DNA of 61,990 nucleotides from a virus (lineage: Duplodnaviria; Caudoviricetes), in the IMG/VR virus record IMGVR_UViG_3300005537_000027, positions 1-61,990 of that record; one strand, 5' to 3'. The notes beneath the pieces were generated by a model, which did no database searches, was not told the origin of the DNA, and saw nothing but the letters and a program-made list of their open reading frames with translations. Below are positions 1-8,363 of the stretch, one piece after another. Numbering within the stretch: position 1 is the stretch's first letter; every line of letters starts with the position of its first letter. A program made the position numbers and the translations under genes.

Positions 1-135
1 CCCGGCGGACGCTGCTACATGGTCAACGTCGCCAGCAACCGGAACGGCGTTGGCTACGGTGAGTGGCTGCATATCGATGGCTTCAGCGAGAACATCATCC
101 GCTACATCTCGGAGTTCGAGAAGGCGCAGGGCTGA
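1..135 (+). CDS. C-terminal end of the TROVE/Ro60 protein (continuation of 60846..61990)
   Basis: Frame 1 reads PGGRCYMVNVASNRNGVGYGEWLHIDGFSENIIRYISEFEKAQG*, the kind of tail that follows the DRLIVITDEQ motif of TROVE-VWA proteins; that motif lies at the window's right end. Confidence 0.85.
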   Translation, partial: PGGRCYMVNVASNRNGVGYGEWLHIDGFSENIIRYISEFEKAQG

Positions 136-236
136 GCCGTGGCAGAGTTCCTTTCGTTTGCGTGGTGCCCACTCTTGCAGATTGGGCTCTTTATCTTCCT
201 AGTCTACTACCACGACGACCTCTAGGAGCCCTGCCA

Positions 237-488
237 GTGGCCAACTACGAAGCCCAGGAGATCCTCTACCAAGCCCTAGCCTCCCCTCTGGGGCTTGTTC
301 TCCAAGTATCCAACTTCACCACCGCGAACCAGGCTCTCTATCGTGCCCGTGCTGCCGTTGGCGATCCTGCACTCGCGGTGCTTCAGTTCCGCCGCAACCC
401 AGACAACCCGAATGAACTCTGGATCGTGAAGGGCGGCAAGGTTGAACTTCCAAAGGAGTCCGAAGACGATGCCTCGCTACGAGAGTGA
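237..488 (+). CDS. hypothetical phage protein
   Basis: GTG at 237 with AGGAG upstream; in frame with ORF 63..488; overlaps the next start. Confidence 0.6.
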   Translation: MANYEAQEILYQALASPLGLVLQVSNFTTANQALYRARAAVGDPALAVLQFRRNPDNPNELWIVKGGKVELPKESEDDASLRE

Positions 489-720
489 AGATCTGGTGCG
501 TCGCCACATTTGGCTGTACGCCCGAGACGTAGAGCGGATCGAATTGTTGTTCGGCCGGTCGCTGGGGTTCAGCAAAGCTGCCCGGCTTATGGTCCGGAAG
601 TTTTTGGACTCAGTTGAGGCCAAGGGGCTGCTTGAGGCCCACCACCCGGTGGTCCCCGAGTTAAGCACCACCATTCTCCAGGAACTCGAAGAGTACGATC
701 GGGACGGAAGGAGCAAATAA
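469..720 (+). CDS. hypothetical protein, possible ribbon-helix-helix DNA binder
   Basis: AGGAG upstream of ATG 469; RRHIWLYARDVERIELLF...ARLMVRKFL has a strand-helix-helix pattern; TAATG coupling to the next gene. Confidence 0.55.
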   Translation: MPRYESEDLVRRHIWLYARDVERIELLFGRSLGFSKAARLMVRKFLDSVEAKGLLEAHHPVVPELSTTILQELEEYDRDGRSK

Positions 721-926
721 TGGGCATGCTCGGTGAGGCCAATCCATCGTCCCTGGACGAGTTTTTCGCCAAGGACCCCCTCCAGCTAACCGATCAGGAC
801 TTGGAGGTGATCGTCGCGGAACTCCGCCGGATGCGTGAAAAATTTTTGTCTGCCGGCGGTCCAGCTGCAGAGAAAAGCTCCACGAAAAAGGTCACGCCCA
901 AGAGCCTTAGTGACATCGGACTCTAG
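720..926 (+). CDS. hypothetical protein ending in LSDIGL
   Basis: 68-aa ORF, translationally coupled, RBS AAGGAG. Confidence 0.75.
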   Translation: MGMLGEANPSSLDEFFAKDPLQLTDQDLEVIVAELRRMREKFLSAGGPAAEKSSTKKVTPKSLSDIGL

Positions 927-941
927 TAGGGAGTTGGGATT

Positions 942-1220
942 ATGTGGAGTCGCATCAAGCAGATCTTCTGGGGAACGCTAATCACGGCGGATGAGGAAGG
1001 GAATGTGCTGGCCGGTCCTGATGCCAACAATCCCGCCGCCGGCAACCCCCACTACACCATCAGCCAGCGCCTTGCCGAAGCCCGCGCCGCAGGGTCCCAC
1101 ACCGCGTGTGTGCTTTGCCGAGTCCTGACATGGTGTGCCCGGCGTCTCGGCAGCACCACAACCGACCATTGCGCAGATGCGATGAAAGGGATGCCCCAGA
1201 GCATTCCCACCAACGGGTAA
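942..1220 (+). CDS. hypothetical phage protein (Cys/His-containing)
   Basis: RBS GGGAG; ADEEGNVL..G.P..TISQR..CVLCR..DHC pattern, seen in small phage proteins. Confidence 0.65.
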   Translation: MWSRIKQIFWGTLITADEEGNVLAGPDANNPAAGNPHYTISQRLAEARAAGSHTACVLCRVLTWCARRLGSTTTDHCADAMKGMPQSIPTNG

Positions 1221-1227
1221 TCTCGCC

Positions 1228-2166
1228 ATGCCCAATTCCTCATTCTCCACTCAACTTCCTACACTCCAAGTCGCATGGGATAGCACCAGCTTAGGGGCAC
1301 TCAAAACATGCCCGAGGTACTATCAGTATTCGATCGTGGAGGGGTGGGCTCCGAAGCGCCTGAGTGTGCACCTCACCTTTGGCCTGATTTACCACTCGGC
1401 CCTGGAACGCTATGACCACGAGCGCTTCGCCGGCCGGAGCCATGATGAGGCCCAGCGCCTTGCGGTGCTCACCGCACTGGAGGAGAGCTGGAACCATGTG
1501 CTCCGTCGTCCCATCCCCTTCGACGACAAGTACAAGAACCGCTTCACCCTGGTTCGCTCCATCGTTTGGTATTTGGAGCAGTTCACCCACGACCCAATTC
1601 GCACGGTGGGGCTGGCCAACGGCAAACCGGCAGTGGAGCTTTCGTTCCGCTACGAGAATGGGTATGTGTCTGCCGTGACGGGAGAGTCGTATATGTCCTG
1701 TGGGCATATTGACAGGCTGGGGGAACTGAACGACCAGATTTATGTGGTGGACCGCAAGACTACCAAGTCCACAATCAACGCAGACTTCTTCACCAAGTTC
1801 TCCCCTGACAACCAGTTCTCGCAGTACGTCCTGGCGACCAAGATCGTCTATGCGCTGCCGGTGGTGGGGTTGATCGTCGACGCCGCCCAGGTCGCCATCA
1901 CGTTCAGTGCCTTCCAGCGGGGCTTCATCACCCGCAACCCCGACCAGATCGAGGAATGGCACCATGAACTCCAGTACTGGCTGAGGCAAGCCGAGAGTTA
2001 CGCCGTGGCGGGATACTGGCCGATGAACGACAAGTCCTGCGGAAACTATGGCGGATGCCAGTATCGGGAGATCTGCTCCAAGTCCCCCTCCACTCGCCAG
2101 ATGTGGTTGGAGGCCAATTACACCAAGCGGGTGTGGGACCCTCTCCAGGTGAGAGGAGATGTGTGA
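1228..2166 (+). CDS. PD-(D/E)XK nuclease, Cas4/RecB-like exonuclease
   Basis: N-terminal CPRYY, GHIDRL...VVDRKTT catalytic motifs, QFSQY, C-terminal C..C..C (SCGNYGGCQYREIC) typical of Fe-S binding. Confidence 0.9.
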   Translation: MPNSSFSTQLPTLQVAWDSTSLGALKTCPRYYQYSIVEGWAPKRLSVHLTFGLIYHSALERYDHERFAGRSHDEAQRLAVLTALEESWNHVLRRPIPFDDKYKNRFTLVRSIVWYLEQFTHDPIRTVGLANGKPAVELSFRYENGYVSAVTGESYMSCGHIDRLGELNDQIYVVDRKTTKSTINADFFTKFSPDNQFSQYVLATKIVYALPVVGLIVDAAQVAITFSAFQRGFITRNPDQIEEWHHELQYWLRQAESYAVAGYWPMNDKSCGNYGGCQYREICSKSPSTRQMWLEANYTKRVWDPLQVRGDV

Positions 2167-2573
2167 TGCTGATGGGTTCGGAGCTTTGGCACTGGTTGGT
2201 CTCTCGTGCGCAGTACAATCCTGCTACGCAGGAGATTGTTGTGCCCCCTGAGGACCGTGCATTGTGGATGACGCTCGTCGTTCCCCAAGTCAAGTCCGTC
2301 CGCGCAGGCCTCGGTGAGGGAGTTATGGCCAGTATCAATCGAAATGCAACGAGACTTCCGCCACGTGCTGCCCCTGTCATGGTCATGGACGAAAGCGGAG
2401 CTTCCGCCGGCTGTGGCACCAACGCTAACGCCGGAACCGACGACCCGCTCCTGGTCGAGTGCCCCCTGTGTCGAGACCTTGTTCCCAGCACCAAGCCCCC
2501 TTGCACCTCGATCGTCTACTGCAACGCCATGCCAATGAGGACTCGCGATGACCTGGGACAAACCCCCGCCTAA
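2166..2573 (+). CDS. hypothetical protein
   Basis: TGATG coupling with the nuclease stop; RBS AGGAG; CPLC motif. Confidence 0.5.
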   Translation: MLMGSELWHWLVSRAQYNPATQEIVVPPEDRALWMTLVVPQVKSVRAGLGEGVMASINRNATRLPPRAAPVMVMDESGASAGCGTNANAGTDDPLLVECPLCRDLVPSTKPPCTSIVYCNAMPMRTRDDLGQTPA

Positions 2574-3564
2574 GTCTCCACCAGTCCCTCTACCGAAAGG
2601 TGTGCGCTGGTGCTGTCCCCAGTGCTCCCACCAAAACTACGCACACTGGAGCAATTGTGCCCTGTGCGGTCAGGAGAAGCCCAAAGATGCCAGCCCTCAG
2701 CCAACACCAGTCCGCAACATCTACCAAGGTCTTGCTCATTGGGGACTCCGGAGCCGGCAAGACGGGAGCCCTGGCATCCCTTGCTTCGGCTGGGTTCAAC
2801 CTCCGGATTTTGGACTTGGACTCGGGGCTGGACATCCTGTTCAACCTGCTGAACGATCCGAAGTCGCCCTACACCAAGGACTCGATCTCCCGCGTGCAGT
2901 ACATGACGCTCACCGAGCCGATGAAGGTGGTGGGAGGGAAGCTGGTGCCGGTGAAGGTGGATGTGTGGCAGCGAGCGATGAACCTCTTGTACCACTGGAA
3001 AGAGCCCCCTGCGGTGGACCTCGGGCAGCTCACGAGTTGGACATCTTCGGACGTCCTGGTAATCGACTCCCTGTCCACCTTTTCCACAGCCGCGATGAAC
3101 TTCGTGCTCTCGATGAACGGACGTATCGGGCAGCGGCCGCATCAATCAGACTTCGGCCAAGCCCAGGACCTAGTCGAGGGAGCGTTGCAAATGCTGTTCA
3201 ACGACAATATCAAATGCAACGTGGTTGTGACTGCGCACATTGCCTACATCGGGGAGGAGAATGGACCGACCCGAGGCTATCCGAACGCGCTCGGGAAAGC
3301 GCTGCCTCCCAAAATCGGGCGGTACTTCAATACCATGCTTGGTGTGAAGAGCAGCGGGCAAGGGAGCGCCGTGAAGCGGAAGATCCTGACCAACACCTCG
3401 GGAGTGATCGACCTCAAGAACTCCGCGCCTCTGCGGGTGCCACCGGAGCTTCCGCTGGAAACGGGATTGGCCGAGTACTTCAAACTCGTGCGGGGGACAG
3501 CCCCATCGAGCCCGTCTTCCTCGACCTCGCCCAGCGGCTCCCAAACTACGGCTACGGTCGTTAA
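2548..3564 (+). CDS. RanBP2-type zinc-finger ORF; only the first ~47 aa look genuine, the rest overlaps the ATPase out of frame
   Basis: WCCPQCSHQNYAHWSNCALC matches W-x-C-x2-C-x3-N-x6-C-x2-C; GAGG upstream. Confidence 0.4.
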   Translation: MTWDKPPPKSPPVPLPKGVRWCCPQCSHQNYAHWSNCALCGQEKPKDASPQPTPVRNIYQGLAHWGLRSRQDGSPGIPCFGWVQPPDFGLGLGAGHPVQPAERSEVALHQGLDLPRAVHDAHRADEGGGREAGAGEGGCVAASDEPLVPLERAPCGGPRAAHELDIFGRPGNRLPVHLFHSRDELRALDERTYRAAAASIRLRPSPGPSRGSVANAVQRQYQMQRGCDCAHCLHRGGEWTDPRLSERARESAASQNRAVLQYHAWCEEQRARERREAEDPDQHLGSDRPQELRASAGATGASAGNGIGRVLQTRAGDSPIEPVFLDLAQRLPNYGYGR

Positions 3565-3634
3565 CCCTCAGGCCGGAATGCCCGTCACCCTTCTGGGAGG
3601 CACGAATGTCAAAGCGCCGACCCTGGCATCATAG
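2687..3634 (+). CDS. AAA_24 family P-loop NTPase (Sak4-like recombination protein)
   Basis: Walker A GDSGAGKT, LDLDSG, Walker B VLVIDSLS, VVVTAH; AGGAG before ATG 2687; flanked by exonuclease and SSB-like genes. Confidence 0.85.
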   Translation: MPALSQHQSATSTKVLLIGDSGAGKTGALASLASAGFNLRILDLDSGLDILFNLLNDPKSPYTKDSISRVQYMTLTEPMKVVGGKLVPVKVDVWQRAMNLLYHWKEPPAVDLGQLTSWTSSDVLVIDSLSTFSTAAMNFVLSMNGRIGQRPHQSDFGQAQDLVEGALQMLFNDNIKCNVVVTAHIAYIGEENGPTRGYPNALGKALPPKIGRYFNTMLGVKSSGQGSAVKRKILTNTSGVIDLKNSAPLRVPPELPLETGLAEYFKLVRGTAPSSPSSSTSPSGSQTTATVVNPQAGMPVTLLGGTNVKAPTLAS

Positions 3635-3774
3635 CCTTCCCACTCCCCTCACCCTGGGGCAAGCAGAGCAGCTGGAGTGGCCCAACACCCAGTTCCTAAC
3701 CCCAGCCATCTTTTTACTCCACGACCCAGAAAGGAGCATCACCAAACTCAAACTCTCACCCAAGGAACCAGATC

Positions 3775-4287
3775 ATGGCCAAGTCAAAGCAACAGACCCA
3801 GCCAGCTCAACCAACCCAACCCAACCCACCGAAAGCACAACCAACCATGAGTGACTCCTCCGCTACCGACTTCCGCGCCCTGCTCTCCAAGCCCACGGAG
3901 ACCATCGAGCGGCCGAAGGCCCTTCCGGTCGGCACGTACCTGGGGACTATCTCCAAGTACGAGTACGGCAAGTCGGCCCAGAAGAAGACCCCCTACGTCC
4001 GGTATTTTATCTCCCTCACGGGAGCGGGCGAGGACGTTGACCCTGACGCGATGGAGGGCGTGGACCTCTCCAAGAAGCAGATGCGCAAGGACTACTACCT
4101 GACCGACGACGCCCAGTACCGGGTGAAGGAACTCTGGGAGTCCTGCGGCATCGACGGCACGGGACGCTCGCTCGGCGAGATCCTGCCCGACCTCGTCGGG
4201 ATGCCCGTGATGCTGGAGGTGACCAAGCGCAACTCCGAAGACGGCAAGGATGAGTTCAACGACGTCGGCACTGTCCGGGGTCAGTGA
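3775..4287 (+). CDS. putative ssDNA-binding protein (DUF669-like)
   Basis: PKALPVGTYLGTI...KSAQKKTPYV pattern, beta-rich; follows the AAA_24 gene. Alternative start at 3847. Confidence 0.7.
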   Translation: MAKSKQQTQPAQPTQPNPPKAQPTMSDSSATDFRALLSKPTETIERPKALPVGTYLGTISKYEYGKSAQKKTPYVRYFISLTGAGEDVDPDAMEGVDLSKKQMRKDYYLTDDAQYRVKELWESCGIDGTGRSLGEILPDLVGMPVMLEVTKRNSEDGKDEFNDVGTVRGQ

Positions 4288-4292
4288 GAAGG

Positions 4293-4318
4293 AGAGGGGG
4301 TGAAAGCCCCCTCTTTTC
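4293..4318 (+). terminator. rho-independent terminator-like hairpin
   Basis: AGAGGGGG-tgaaag-CCCCCTCT-TTTC just after the SSB-like stop. Confidence 0.65.
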
Positions 4319-4321
4319 ACC

Positions 4322-4429
4322 ATGGCTTGGTTCTTGATGGCGATCCTGATTATGGCAGTTCTCTACATCTTCCTCTGCCTGGGGGATGATGATGACTTCG
4401 GAGATGATGAAGGAGATTGGCCCCAGTGA
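4322..4429 (+). CDS. small single-pass membrane protein with acidic tail
   Basis: Translated by hand: MAWFLMAILIMAVLYIFLCLGDDDDFGDDEGDWPQ*; GTGA overlap with the next ORF. Confidence 0.5.
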   Translation: MAWFLMAILIMAVLYIFLCLGDDDDFGDDEGDWPQ

Positions 4430-4791
4430 CTTCGGTGCATGAACTGCTGTTGGAACTCAATCGGACCTATACCGAAATTCACGAGTTGCGTAGTGCCTTG
4501 GCTGATGCTCTTGTGACTTTCGATATGGGAGCTGAGCACGCCACCAAGTATCACCTCCGCTACTCTGCTGTCATCCACCGCGCAAGGCTGGAGAACCCGA
4601 ATGCTGACAAACGACTTTCAGTTGGTGCCCCTGGCAGCCATTGTTGTGAACCGAGCGGAACGCCAGCGCCGGAAGGTGGACACGACGGGACTGAGGGACT
4701 CGATCCAGCGCAACGGCCTCATCAACCCGATAGTGGTGACGAGGGAGATGGTGCTGGTGGCGGGGGAGCGGAGACTGACGGCGTGCACTGA
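4426..4791 (+). CDS. hypothetical protein
   Basis: AAGGAG upstream of GTG; the 3' half overlaps the ParB-MTase gene. Confidence 0.35.
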   Translation: MTSVHELLLELNRTYTEIHELRSALADALVTFDMGAEHATKYHLRYSAVIHRARLENPNADKRLSVGAPGSHCCEPSGTPAPEGGHDGTEGLDPAQRPHQPDSGDEGDGAGGGGAETDGVH

Positions 4792-5998
4792 GCTTGGGCA
4801 TGTCACCATCGCGGTAAGGTTCGCGGAGGACCTCTCGCCGTTCGAGCTCTCGGTGATTGAGCTTGAGGAGAACCTCAAGCGCACGGATCTGAGTTGGCAG
4901 GACGAGGCCCAGGCCATCGCGAAGCTCCACGAGCTTTATTCCAGCGCCGAACCGGGGTGGAGCCAGGCCAAGACCGCACAGGCCCTGAGCATGGCCCCGG
5001 CGCAAGTGTCCACGATCCTGAGAGTGGTGAAGGAGTTCGCCGACCCCCGCATCGCCGGAGCCACCGGCCTCCAACCCGCTTACAACATCATCCAGCGCGC
5101 GGACGAGCGCCGCATTGGTGATGCTATGGGGGACATCGTCCAGGCCAACGCGGATATCTTCGCGGAGCGGCTGGTGGTGGAGACAGGTGGACTTGTGCCG
5201 ACTGATGCAACCGTAGCAATCGGTAAGCCTGTCAACAAGCCTATCTTGGCAGCTACTCCGGTGGCCCCTCCGGAGTCCATCCTCAACACCTCGTTCCTGG
5301 ACTGGGCACCGCAGTACACCGGGCCCAGGTTCTCGTTCATCCACTGCGATTTCCCCTACGGGATGAATGTGTTCGGAGGAGCCATGTCCGGTCGGGACAA
5401 GTGGAACACCTACTCCGACACCCCCGACACCTACTGGGATCTGATCCGCTGCCTCTGCCTGAACCTGGACCGAGTCATGTCCCCCAGCGCCCACCTCATG
5501 TTCTGGTTCTCGATGGAGCACTATGAGGCCACCCGCCGGATCTTCCGAGACCTCGCCCCGTCGCTGGTGTTTTCCCCGTTCCCGCTGCTGTGGCAGAAGT
5601 CCGACAACGTCGGCATCTTGCCGGACTCCAACCGAGGCCCGCGCCGGATCTACGAGACCGCGATGGTCGCCTCCCGCGAGGACCGTTTCATCGTCAAACC
5701 CGTCTCCAACGCCATCGCCGCCCCCACTGACAAGGCCCACCACCCAAGCGCCAAGCCCGTCCCCGTGCTCAAACACTTCTTCCAGATGTACGTGGACGAG
5801 AACACCACGCTGCTCGATCCGACTTGCGGAGGTGCCTCGGCTCTGATCGCCGCTGAGGCTCTGGGCGCCAAGCGTGTCGCTGGGTGTGAAATGGACAAGG
5901 AGCACTGCGCCAACGGCCGTTCCGCTCTCCGCCAGTTCCGCTCCCTCCGTGCCGCCGCGCAGGTGGTCTACGAGAAGGACCGGAAAGATGGTCGCTGA
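4601..5998 (+). CDS. ParB/Srx-like domain fused to N6/N4 DNA methyltransferase
   Basis: LRDSIQRNGLINPIVV...LVAGERRL...EENLKR (ParB-N plus HTH); FIHCDFPYG (DPPY-like), HPSAKP, LLDPTCGG (beta-class MTase order). Confidence 0.9.
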   Translation: MLTNDFQLVPLAAIVVNRAERQRRKVDTTGLRDSIQRNGLINPIVVTREMVLVAGERRLTACTELGHVTIAVRFAEDLSPFELSVIELEENLKRTDLSWQDEAQAIAKLHELYSSAEPGWSQAKTAQALSMAPAQVSTILRVVKEFADPRIAGATGLQPAYNIIQRADERRIGDAMGDIVQANADIFAERLVVETGGLVPTDATVAIGKPVNKPILAATPVAPPESILNTSFLDWAPQYTGPRFSFIHCDFPYGMNVFGGAMSGRDKWNTYSDTPDTYWDLIRCLCLNLDRVMSPSAHLMFWFSMEHYEATRRIFRDLAPSLVFSPFPLLWQKSDNVGILPDSNRGPRRIYETAMVASREDRFIVKPVSNAIAAPTDKAHHPSAKPVPVLKHFFQMYVDENTTLLDPTCGGASALIAAEALGAKRVAGCEMDKEHCANGRSALRQFRSLRAAAQVVYEKDRKDGR

Positions 5999-7049
5999 AC
6001 CCTTCGCCCACACCAGCGGACCGCGCGATGCCAAGGTTGTGGTCGTTGGCGAAGCGTGGGGCGAGCAAGAGGAACTCACCGGCCGTCCGTTCGTCGGCGC
6101 ATCCGGCCAGGAACTCACTCGTATGCTCACCGATGCGGGGATCTCCCGCAAGGATCTCCTCCTAACCACCACCCTCGCCATTCGCCCAACCGCGAACAAC
6201 ATGGACTCGCTCTGCGCGAGCAAGAAAGACGTGGGGTTTAATTATGCACTGGCGCCGCTCCGTCAAGGCAAATACCTCCTCCCCGAATACCTCCCGGAAC
6301 TCGCGAGACTGGAAGCGGAACTTACTGCATATCCTCGCAATCTCGTTATCGCACTCGGCGCTACTGCTTGCTGGGCTTTGCTTGGCCGTGGAGCTGTTGG
6401 TACTCTCCGCGGTGTTGTGGCGCATAGTGTGGGGTTAGCCCCAGGGCTCAAAGTCCTTCCCACCTACCACCCCAGCGCCGTGCTGCGCAATTGGGCTCTC
6501 CGTGTGATTGTCATCGCAGACCTAATCAAAGCGAAGCGTGAGAGCGAGTTCCCTGAGATCCGTCGGCCCCAACGCCAAGTCCTGGCCGACCCGAGTCTAG
6601 TCGATATTGAGGACTGGTTTAACCGGGAGGCCAAAGATGCTAGTATTCTTAGTTGTGACATCGAGACTGCTAACCGCGCAATTACTTGCATCGGGTTTGC
6701 CAGCTCCACTACATCCGCTATCTGCATTCCCTTTGCTGATAATCGATACCCTGGTGGAAGCTATTGGCCTGATCACGCTAGTGAGGTCACTGCTTGGCGT
6801 TGGGTGAAAGCGGCGCTGGAATTGCCGTGCCCCAAGCTATTCCAGAATGGTATGTATGATCTGAACTACCTGTATCGCATGGGCTTCCGAGTCCGCAATT
6901 GCCTCCACGACACGATGCTGCTCCATCACTCCATCTTCCCAGAAATGCAGAAGAGCTTGGGGTTCATGGGCAGCATCCACACCAACGAGGCCAGTTGGAA
7001 GCTCATGCGGCACAAGAAGAAGGAAGAGGAGTTGAAACGTGATGAGTGA
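5988..7049 (+). CDS. family-4 uracil-DNA glycosylase domain plus 3'-5' exonuclease ExoI/II (N-terminal part of split DNA polymerase)
   Basis: VVGEAWGEQE...PFVGASG and TYHPSAVLR (UDG-4); SCDIET, QNGMYD, HDTMLLHH (DnaQ-like exonuclease). Confidence 0.88.
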   Translation: MVAEPFAHTSGPRDAKVVVVGEAWGEQEELTGRPFVGASGQELTRMLTDAGISRKDLLLTTTLAIRPTANNMDSLCASKKDVGFNYALAPLRQGKYLLPEYLPELARLEAELTAYPRNLVIALGATACWALLGRGAVGTLRGVVAHSVGLAPGLKVLPTYHPSAVLRNWALRVIVIADLIKAKRESEFPEIRRPQRQVLADPSLVDIEDWFNREAKDASILSCDIETANRAITCIGFASSTTSAICIPFADNRYPGGSYWPDHASEVTAWRWVKAALELPCPKLFQNGMYDLNYLYRMGFRVRNCLHDTMLLHHSIFPEMQKSLGFMGSIHTNEASWKLMRHKKKEEELKRDE

Positions 7050-7503
7050 CACACCCAAAAATACTCGTGTCCGTTGGTACGATGTAGCCCATCTCAATAC
7101 CGGATGCCTCCGTGAGGCCAATGTAGCACGTCTTCCCAAGTTCAAAAATCGTAAAGGGGAGCCGGCACACTCTGAACCCGATGGTTCTGACTGGGCACTC
7201 AGCGCCTGGGCCAACGCGGTTTGTGGGGAACTCGGCGAAGCTGCCAACCTCATCAAGAAGATCGAGCGGGGCGATTTCACCCTCGACGAAAAGCGTGAGG
7301 AACTGGGCAAGGAACTCGCGGATGTGCTGACGTACTTGGACATCCTCGCTTTCAGAGCAGGGATCGATCTCGGCCGTGCAACCATCGACAAGTTCAACGA
7401 GGTGAGCAAGCGTGTTGGGGCAGCTGTTTATCTGGTAGGGCAGGAGGTCTATGTGGACCATCCCGCAGCCTACCACTACCTCGGGATCAAGAAAGATGAG
7501 TAA
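7042..7503 (+). CDS. MazG-like nucleotide pyrophosphohydrolase
   Basis: GELGEAANLIKK...ELADVLTYLDILA...IDKFNE. Confidence 0.88.
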   Translation: MSDTPKNTRVRWYDVAHLNTGCLREANVARLPKFKNRKGEPAHSEPDGSDWALSAWANAVCGELGEAANLIKKIERGDFTLDEKREELGKELADVLTYLDILAFRAGIDLGRATIDKFNEVSKRVGAAVYLVGQEVYVDHPAAYHYLGIKKDE

Positions 7504-7717
7504 CCCCACTCCCATCATGATGGATGAGCCTGCCGCTGGTAGCCGCTGGCGTCATCACTCCGGGCGCCTTTACACCGTGCTCTTCCTCACCAACGGTCTC
7601 GACCGCCCGGACTACCCCAGGACCGTGGTATACGTCGGGGCAGTCAACGGTCAGATCTGGTCTGGTCCTCTCCACGACTGGCACCGCAGAATGACGGAGA
7701 TCCCTCATGATGAATAA
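7496..7717 (+). CDS. hypothetical protein (DUF1653-like)
   Basis: GSRWRHHSGRLYTVL...TVVY...IWS.P pattern. Confidence 0.65.
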   Translation: MSNPTPIMMDEPAAGSRWRHHSGRLYTVLFLTNGLDRPDYPRTVVYVGAVNGQIWSGPLHDWHRRMTEIPHDE

Positions 7718-7898
7718 GTCCTGGCCCAAGTGGACTTGGTCTCCCTTCAGCGGCAGCGACGCCAGCCCCGAGCGCCGTGACAGCGATCTGGTTCAGATCC
7801 TGAGAGGGCTCGACACACGTTTAGAGGCGCTGGAACGCCGGGTGGGGGCTTTGGACGGCGGCACCGTTGCCAACGGGGGCGGATTGGCGGAACCCTAG
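7707..7898 (+). CDS. hypothetical protein
   Basis: RBS GGAG, overlaps the previous stop, short coiled coil. Confidence 0.45.
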   Translation: MMNKSWPKWTWSPFSGSDASPERRDSDLVQILRGLDTRLEALERRVGALDGGTVANGGGLAEP

Positions 7899-8039
7899 GA
7901 TTTCGCCGCGCCTTGCCCCGTGCCGTGGGGTGGTAGGTGTCACCCACCATGAAACGGGGTTGCCCATCCCTTGCCCCGCATTCCGCCGTTTCCGTCGATG
8001 CGTATCCTGATACCGTTCCCCACCCCGGAGGCTCCGCTC

Positions 8040-8360
8040 ATGCTCTGCGTCATCGTTGCCAGCCCTTTCGCCGGTCCCAACATCTCGATCCGCAGGCGGA
8101 ACGTCGAGTACGCAAAGAACGCGATGGAGGATAGCTTTGCCAGGGGTGAGGCCCCGCTGGTGTCGCACCTCTTGTACCCGCAGGTCCTCGATGACATGGA
8201 TGAGGTGGACCGGAACCTAGCGATCGCCGCGGCCTCGGCCTGGATGGTCAAGGCGGATTTGCTAGCAGTCTACGCCAACCTCGGGATCTCCCCGGGCATG
8301 AAGGCAGAGATTGAACTCGCCACCCTCCTCGGCGTGGTTATCGACCACAGGAGCATCTAA
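8040..8360 (+). CDS. nucleoside 2-deoxyribosyltransferase-like (DUF4406/DUF7768-type) protein
   Basis: VIVASPFAG...RNVEYA...GEAPLVSHLLYPQVLDD...GISPGMKAEI; RBS GGAGG. Confidence 0.75.
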   Translation: MLCVIVASPFAGPNISIRRRNVEYAKNAMEDSFARGEAPLVSHLLYPQVLDDMDEVDRNLAIAAASAWMVKADLLAVYANLGISPGMKAEIELATLLGVVIDHRSI

Positions 8361-8363
8361 CAG

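Noticed and set aside
1228-2166. Cas4 as part of a CRISPR or TIGR adaptation module
   Set aside because: It sits in the usual exonuclease-Sak4-SSB recombination context, far from the array; nothing links them.
7050-8363. Group I/II intron interrupting the polymerase
   Set aside because: The interval is filled with ordinary coupled ORFs; no recognisable intron core, maturase or homing endonuclease.
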